In this document: piece by piece, positions 9,211 to 14,292 of the stretch
Numbering within the stretch: the stretch's first letter is position 1
How the letters are laid out: each line of letters opens with the position of its first letter
Source: Thermococcus sp. JdFR-02
Lineage (GTDB): Archaea > Methanobacteriota_B > Thermococci > Thermococcales > Thermococcaceae
Length of the DNA: 14,292 nt
Reading direction: 5' to 3'
Assembly (NCBI GenBank): GCA_002009975.1
Contig: MTLP01000029.1
Location: forward strand, 1 to 14,292
The notes under the pieces: generated by a model
Database searches by the model: none
Told to the model about the DNA's origin: nothing
What the model saw: the letters and a program-made list of their open reading frames with translations, nothing else
Made by a program: the position numbers and the translations under genes

Positions 9211-9831
9211 CTATTTCCAAATTTTATTTTTGACTTCCCAAAATAGCTCATCCTCACCAAGTTTGTCTTTTAATTCTCTAAAATTCTCTTTTAATCTTGG
9301 AAGTTTTGACTTAGCCCTATTTAACATGGTGTTTCCTAAGTTCACTGTAAATTTCAAATATTCGTCGCTAACTAAAATTTTTCCATCTTTTCCCAGAGGG
9401 GTCGTTAAATACTCTGTTCCATTAATCTCAACTAAAACTTTCCCACTGTTTACTGCTTTGAAAGTTGTGTACTTAAATCCAGAGAAGAGTCCAATTTCGT
9501 GTATTCTTTTAGCAATTTCAAAATTTTCGGCAACTATGTGGAGTATTGGCGGTTGAGACTTTAAAAATAGGAAACCTTCTTTGGCAAATTTTAAACTTTG
9601 CTTTGCTTCCTCAAATGTTATTGGGAAGTGCTTCTTTAAAAGCCATCTGCTTAGGGGTTTTGCTCCCAAATAAGGCTCTTCTAAAATTCCAATCCTTCCA
9701 GAACAAGAGCTTGTTGTGTAAATGCCTCTAATTGAGTTGATTATCATGAGGAGCTCTATTATATCTTCATCAACCTTTTGCTCTCTCATTGCGGTAAAAA
9801 GACTAATGAGAGCTTCTCTCTTGGCTTTCAT
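9211..9831 (-). CDS. taw3: tRNA-Phe wyosine-derivative N4-methyltransferase (TYW3/Taw3 family)
   Basis: Motifs VDEDI, YTTSSCSGRI, PPILHI and SGFKYT; GAGGTGG RBS. Confidence 0.92.
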   Translation of the reverse strand: MKAKREALISLFTAMREQKVDEDIIELLMIINSIRGIYTTSSCSGRIGILEEPYLGAKPLSRWLLKKHFPITFEEAKQSLKFAKEGFLFLKSQPPILHIVAENFEIAKRIHEIGLFSGFKYTTFKAVNSGKVLVEINGTEYLTTPLGKDGKILVSDEYLKFTVNLGNTMLNRAKSKLPRLKENFRELKDKLGEDELFWEVKNKIWK

Positions 9832-9928
9832 AATTTAGCCACCTCTCAGTGTCTTTTTACCTCTCGTTACCATTTTCCTTCAGTTTCTACGAATTTTAAG
9901 CTTTAAGTTTTTCGTTTTTTCAATAATT

Positions 9929-9947
9929 GGCGAAAACTTTATAAATG
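9929..9947 (+). promoter_or_regulatory. BRE/TATA promoter of tRNA-His
   Basis: GGCGAAAAC followed by TTTATAAA, about 27 nt upstream of the tRNA. A divergent CGAAAAACTTAAAG on the minus strand (9901-9914) could serve taw3. Confidence 0.75.
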
Positions 9948-9972
9948 CATATCTAAAACTAACTTCGGGCAT

Positions 9973-10050
9973 GGCCGGGGTGGTGTAGCCTGGTCAGCAC
10001 AGGGGACTGTGGATCCCCTAGCCCGGGTTCAAATCCCGGCCCCGGCCCCA
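9973..10050 (+). tRNA. tRNA-His (GUG), intronless, with encoded G-1 and CCA
   Basis: Acceptor stem GCCGGGG/CCCCGGC, anticodon arm GGGGA-CTGTGGA-TCCCC, T arm CCGGG-TTCAAAT-CCCGG, discriminator C followed by CCA, and G at -1 (9973). Confidence 0.98.
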
Positions 10051-10170
10051 GAAAAGAGCTTCTTTAAAATTGTATGTAAAATTACGTCATTCTTGACTAA
10101 CTTGCTTTTTCTAAATTTTTCAGAGATTATTGAGGAAAGTACTATCCAAACCAAAAAATAAATAGCAAAA

Positions 10171-11337
10171 TTAGATTATTTTTTCTCCATTTAGGTATAC
10201 AGAGTCTATATGTAATTCTTTGTCTAAAATCACCAAATCTGCTGAATAACCTGGTAGCACTGCTCCAATCCTTGGAATTTCAACAGATTTTGCTGGATTA
10301 TATGTCATAGTTCTAATCGCATCCTTTAAAGGAACTCCAATTTTGACAAGATTCCTTAAAGCTCTATCCATGGTGAGAGTACTTCCTGCGAGAGTTCCAT
10401 CTTTTAGTCTGCAGATTCCATCTCTAACGATTACCTTCAATCCTCCTAGCAAGTACTCTCCATCCGGAAGCTCTGTTGCAATTATTGAATCCGTAATTGT
10501 AACAATCCTCTCCACTCCTGCATGTTTCCACGTGAAGTGAATTATTTGAGGCGAGATATGTATGAGGTCACATATAAGCTCGAGATATACTTGGGGGCTT
10601 TCAAGGGCAGCAACGATGATACCAGGGTTTCTATGGTTAATGGGTCTCATAGCATTGTACAGATGGCTTGCTCTATTAGCCCCAGCATATATAGCCGCTT
10701 TTGCTTCGTCATAAGTTGCGTTTGTATGTCCCAATGATACATATATCCCAAGAGTCCGTGCATACTGGGTAAACTCTAATGCCCCATCAAGCTCCGGAGC
10801 TATCGTTATCGTTTTTATATTCCCTTCAGAAGCTTTCCAATATTCTTTAAGCTCTTGAATATTGGGAAGACGGATAAACTCTGGATTTTGGGCTCCTTTT
10901 TTTTCCTTACTTATATAAGGTCCTTCTAAATGGAGTCCCCCAATCTTTGCTCCTATAGATAAACTTTTTTGATAATTGATTGCATTTTTTACTCCCTTAG
11001 CTGCAGTCAAAAGAACTTCATGGGATGCAGTCACGGTAGTAGGAAGGAAAAAAGTTACGCCATGCATTAAATATCTTTCGCTCATCTTAATTAATGCCTC
11101 TTCAACTTCCTGCTCTGAACCATCCATGGCACTGTATGTAACATCAAACCCTCCTATTCCGTGAGTGTGTATATCAATGAACCCTGGAGCGATTATCTTG
11201 CCCTCCAAATCTTCTCCACTTGAATTCTTCCCGACATACACCTTTTTTATAATCCCATTTTCAATTTCAACAGTTCCTGGAAAGATCTCTTCAAAGGGTG
11301 TTATTATTCTAGCATTCGTTAGAACTAGTCTTGTCAT
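10171..11337 (-). CDS. nagA: N-acetylglucosamine-6-phosphate deacetylase
   Basis: Motifs APGFIDIHTHG, FLPTTVT, HLEGPYIS..KKGAQ, TIAPE, SLGHTNA, SHLYNAM, DLIH, ITDS (catalytic Asp) and TLAGSTLTM. Confidence 0.95.
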   Translation of the reverse strand: MTRLVLTNARIITPFEEIFPGTVEIENGIIKKVYVGKNSSGEDLEGKIIAPGFIDIHTHGIGGFDVTYSAMDGSEQEVEEALIKMSERYLMHGVTFFLPTTVTASHEVLLTAAKGVKNAINYQKSLSIGAKIGGLHLEGPYISKEKKGAQNPEFIRLPNIQELKEYWKASEGNIKTITIAPELDGALEFTQYARTLGIYVSLGHTNATYDEAKAAIYAGANRASHLYNAMRPINHRNPGIIVAALESPQVYLELICDLIHISPQIIHFTWKHAGVERIVTITDSIIATELPDGEYLLGGLKVIVRDGICRLKDGTLAGSTLTMDRALRNLVKIGVPLKDAIRTMTYNPAKSVEIPRIGAVLPGYSADLVILDKELHIDSVYLNGEKII

Positions 11338-11351
11338 CTTCTCATCTCTCC

Positions 11352-12089
11352 TTACAAGTATTTTAAGCGGGCTTTGTATTTTTTAATGACCTTTATGTTA
11401 TGCTCTTGAGCTCCCGGTAGATGAGCACTTAAAAACACTGGAGGCTCAACTTCTCTTTCAACTAGTATTTTGATTGCCAACGTAACAATTGTTTGAGCAA
11501 TAAATGCCACAACAATGGTGGATACTGGAAAGACTTTCATTTTAAATCCAGGGATCTCTAATGCAGCATCTCCTCTAGGCACTTTGTTGTCTATAACTAT
11601 ATCTGCAACTTCAAAAAGCCTTTTGTGATACTTGTTTTTTGGTGTTAAACTCTTGGAGTATTCAACTGAAGTTATGGCTATAACTTGGCATCCAAGGGAT
11701 TTAGCATTCATAGCAACTTCGACCGGGAATACATTAACTCCCGAACTCGAGACAATCATCACAACATCTCCTTCCTGGACTCCCATCGCTTTTAATACTA
11801 TCTCAGCGTATCCCTCGACATGTTCCATTTCTGTAGACTTTAAAGCTCCATGATAAACATTTATATCGGTATTCATTATTGGATTTACAGGAACGAGACC
11901 TCCAGCTCTGTAAGAGAGTTCTTCACCGATTATTGCTGAATGACCTGCTCCAATTACATGCAAGACTCCCCCTTTTTCCAAAGAGTGAGCCAGTACTTGA
12001 GCTGCCTTTTCAATGTTCTCTCCTTCTTCATCCTTTACCCTTTTTAATAAGGAATTAACAACCGAATATGCCTCTTCCAAAACGTTCAT
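11352..12089 (-). CDS. Single-SIS-domain sugar-phosphate enzyme (UPF0309/NagS-like)
   Basis: Motifs GAGHS, YRAGGL, SSSGVN, PVEVA, ITSVEYS, DIVIDNKVPRGDA and PPVFLS; GAGGTGAG RBS. Confidence 0.8.
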   Translation of the reverse strand: MNVLEEAYSVVNSLLKRVKDEEGENIEKAAQVLAHSLEKGGVLHVIGAGHSAIIGEELSYRAGGLVPVNPIMNTDINVYHGALKSTEMEHVEGYAEIVLKAMGVQEGDVVMIVSSSGVNVFPVEVAMNAKSLGCQVIAITSVEYSKSLTPKNKYHKRLFEVADIVIDNKVPRGDAALEIPGFKMKVFPVSTIVVAFIAQTIVTLAIKILVEREVEPPVFLSAHLPGAQEHNIKVIKKYKARLKYL

Positions 12090-12126
12090 AACAACTCACC
12101 TCACGGACACAGGTGAAATTTACATA

Positions 12127-13836
12127 TCACCCCACAACCGCTTTAGATAACCCTTTAGGATTATCTACTGGGGTTTTCCTATAAATACCAAGCCAAAAGG
12201 AGAGTAGCTGGATAAATGTTGTTACATGAAATATGTAAGGCATGTTACGTTGTTTAATATCTACTAGAACTGTGTTCTCAGAACTTTCTAATGTTTCCCT
12301 TAGCTCTGGAATCTCTCCAATTACAATTAATTTGCCAACATCTTTATAGAACTTGTCAATCTTTTGAATTAGTCTTTCTTTTGCAGCTTTCTCAAGTGGC
12401 AGTATTAGGATGTTATACATTTCAGAAGATGTTAATGCTAGAGGACCATGGAGATACTCTTCAAGCTCTAGAGCCTCTGCATGGGAATATGCTGTTTCCT
12501 TCAGTTTAAGTGCTCCTTCTATCGCTATGGGGTAACTCAATCCTGCCGAGATTATATAGCCTCTATTTAACTTCTGAATGCTCTTTGCAACTGCTTTAGC
12601 TTTTTTCTCGTAGTTAGGTAGCACATTTTTAATTTCATCAGCAATAGTTGACAATTGATGAAGTAGTTCTTCGGATTCTTCATTGCTGATTAAGCCAAGC
12701 TCTCTCCGAACATTCAAAGATAATGAATACAGGACTGCTAATGTTCCAGTGAAACTTTTTGTTGCTGGAATTGCAAGCTCTGGTCCAGCTAATATTGGCA
12801 AAACAACGTTAGAATACTTGGAAACCTTACTAAGGGGGTTATTTGTAATCGAAATAACCCTAATTCCTTTCTTTTTACTTTCTTCCACTGTTTCGACTAT
12901 ACTCCATGTATCTCCAGATTGGGTTATTGCTATTATTACATCTCCTTCTTTAATGTGGGCAAGTTTATACATTCTAAATTCAAAGACCGAAATCGGAATT
13001 ATATTTAGTTCAGGAAGCAAATATTGGAATTCAAGTCCAGCATTTAGTGAAGAACCACTACCTATCACGTAAATTCTTTCAGATTCTTGGATTAATTTAG
13101 TTGCTACTCTCATTTTGGGATGATATCTAAACGAATATATCCTTTTCAGGAGATATGGTATTTCGTAAATCTCTTGGATCATGGAATATTTACAAGATGA
13201 AGTGCTTACGAGAGTCTCATTGCTTCTAGGAGATATTTGTTGTTTATGCATCCAAACTGCTAGAGAATTTGAAGAGACCTCATAAATTTTTTCATGAAAT
13301 CTAAGCAAGATATCTTTTACTGTAGTTAAGAGCAATGTGTCATCGACTTGAGTTAAAAAAATTGGACGATAATTAGAAAAAGCAAACACTATTTCAGAGC
13401 TTCCTTTCCTACAATAACCGATTAAAGAAAAGGAACCGCTCTCTCTCTGCAAGACATCGCTAAGGGAGTTAAACAATTCACTACTCAAAAGCTTCTCGGT
13501 GAAAACTCTAACAAGTTTTTGAAACAGAACCTCTGGTAAACTTTCTGGAACACCTTCAATTGATACGATAAGGGTATCTTCAATTTTTTCAGTCATAAAT
13601 ATCGAGTTAGCACCAGTTTCATATCTGTTCGCATTTAGGATGATGTTTTTTGGAATGAAATATTTAGAATTTATTTCTTTACACAAATGGTTTGTGTTAA
13701 TACTTCTATGGACACTAGAATGTCCGTGATTCCAAATAACTGTCTCATAATTTATTTGATATGTTGTTAGGAATTCACAACATTTTGAAATTACCTTTTT
13801 AGAGGCTCCAAAGATTAAGATCATATTACCAAACAT
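12127..13836 (-). CDS. GlmS-like double-SIS protein with degenerate glutaminase domain; probable glucosamine-6-phosphate deaminase/isomerase
   Basis: The C-terminal part has GSGSS, TQSGDT, AGPELAIPATKSF, EGALKLKETAYSHAE, HGPLA and DNPKGLSKAV. The N-terminus is MFG rather than MCG. Confidence 0.75.
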   Translation of the reverse strand: MFGNMILIFGASKKVISKCCEFLTTYQINYETVIWNHGHSSVHRSINTNHLCKEINSKYFIPKNIILNANRYETGANSIFMTEKIEDTLIVSIEGVPESLPEVLFQKLVRVFTEKLLSSELFNSLSDVLQRESGSFSLIGYCRKGSSEIVFAFSNYRPIFLTQVDDTLLLTTVKDILLRFHEKIYEVSSNSLAVWMHKQQISPRSNETLVSTSSCKYSMIQEIYEIPYLLKRIYSFRYHPKMRVATKLIQESERIYVIGSGSSLNAGLEFQYLLPELNIIPISVFEFRMYKLAHIKEGDVIIAITQSGDTWSIVETVEESKKKGIRVISITNNPLSKVSKYSNVVLPILAGPELAIPATKSFTGTLAVLYSLSLNVRRELGLISNEESEELLHQLSTIADEIKNVLPNYEKKAKAVAKSIQKLNRGYIISAGLSYPIAIEGALKLKETAYSHAEALELEEYLHGPLALTSSEMYNILILPLEKAAKERLIQKIDKFYKDVGKLIVIGEIPELRETLESSENTVLVDIKQRNMPYIFHVTTFIQLLSFWLGIYRKTPVDNPKGLSKAVVG

Positions 13837-13864
13837 TTCTCATCCCATGAAAGTTAAGTAGGTT

Positions 13865-14137
13865 TCATTTATCCTCTAATGGAAAAACATTCTCTAAAAG
13901 GTGCACTATTTCTTTTAGTGCTTCATTTTCATCTTCTCCTTTTATTCTTAGAATAATTTCATCTCCATAATCAACCCCTAGAGCTAAAATCTGGAGAATA
14001 TTCTTTGCATTTGCAAGCCTTTCATTTTTAATAACTGATATGTCTGATTTAAACTTCTTAGCAGTTTCGACAAATATTGCTGCAGGTCTTGCATGAAGAC
14101 CACTTTTGTTCTTTATTACAAGCTTCTTTTCGATCAT
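13865..14137 (-). CDS. ptsH: PTS phosphocarrier protein HPr
   Basis: GLHARPAA motif, with His at exactly position 15 from ATG 14137. Also NAKNIL..LALGV..GDEI and GEDE.EA; 90 aa; AGGTGAT RBS. Confidence 0.95.
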   Translation of the reverse strand: MIEKKLVIKNKSGLHARPAAIFVETAKKFKSDISVIKNERLANAKNILQILALGVDYGDEIILRIKGEDENEALKEIVHLLENVFPLEDK

Positions 14138-14205
14138 CTTAATCACCTAATGAAGACTCCGAACTTGAAGTGTTAAGTCACAACCATTACATTGTTTTGG
14201 GGCTT

Positions 14206-14224
14206 TGTTTATATATTTTTTGGT
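14206..14224 (-). promoter_or_regulatory. Candidate BRE/TATA promoter of the ptsH operon
   Basis: Minus strand reads ACCAAAAAATATATAAACA, about 70 nt upstream of the HPr start. Confidence 0.5.
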
Positions 14225-14292
14225 GATTGGGTGGTTTTTGTTTGTCTGTTTGCCGTATAAAGTTCGTATAAGTCTCTATTCTCAAAATAGAC

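Noticed and set aside
9973-10050. Genome-encoded G-1 and CCA in tRNA-His
   Set aside because: Normal for many archaeal tRNA-His genes.
6265-13072. Short antisense or alternate-frame ORFs within deoC, the CGP-CTERM gene, eno, taw3, nagA, the SIS gene and the glmS-like gene
   Set aside because: Shadow ORFs with no independent support.
12127-13836. Calling this gene canonical glmS or a pseudogene
   Set aside because: It lacks the catalytic Cys1, so it is not a functional amidotransferase. The 569-codon frame is uninterrupted and the SIS motifs are intact, so it is not evidently a pseudogene.
1-14292. CRISPR array, transposase, integrase or intein
   Set aside because: No periodic repeats, recombinase or transposase motifs, or oversize insertions were seen in the window.

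Overview
AT-rich archaeal chromosome segment. Thermococcales is inferred from BRE/TATA promoters, GGTGA ribosome-binding sites, a CGP-CTERM protein and a TGM operator at eno. Positions 1-10050 look like core genome: a truncated GC-rich structured RNA candidate, a THUMP protein, an uncharacterised AAA+ ATPase with an overlapping membrane metal-dependent hydrolase, trxB, a class III PLP aminotransferase, an ECF S-component, deoC, a Cys-rich CGP-CTERM surface protein, eno, taw3 and tRNA-His(GUG). Just past the tRNA 3' end lies a four-gene minus-strand operon of bacterial type: HPr (His15 intact, Ser46 replaced by Asn), a GlmS-like protein lacking the glutaminase nucleophile (MFG instead of MCG) but with intact SIS domains, a single-SIS protein resembling the Streptomyces GlcNAc-6P dehydratase NagS, and nagA. 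This points to a probably horizontally acquired, PTS-linked amino-sugar-phosphate catabolic island that differs from the known Thermococcales chitin pathway. Enzyme I and Enzyme II are not in this window. All family calls come from motif recognition, not database searches.
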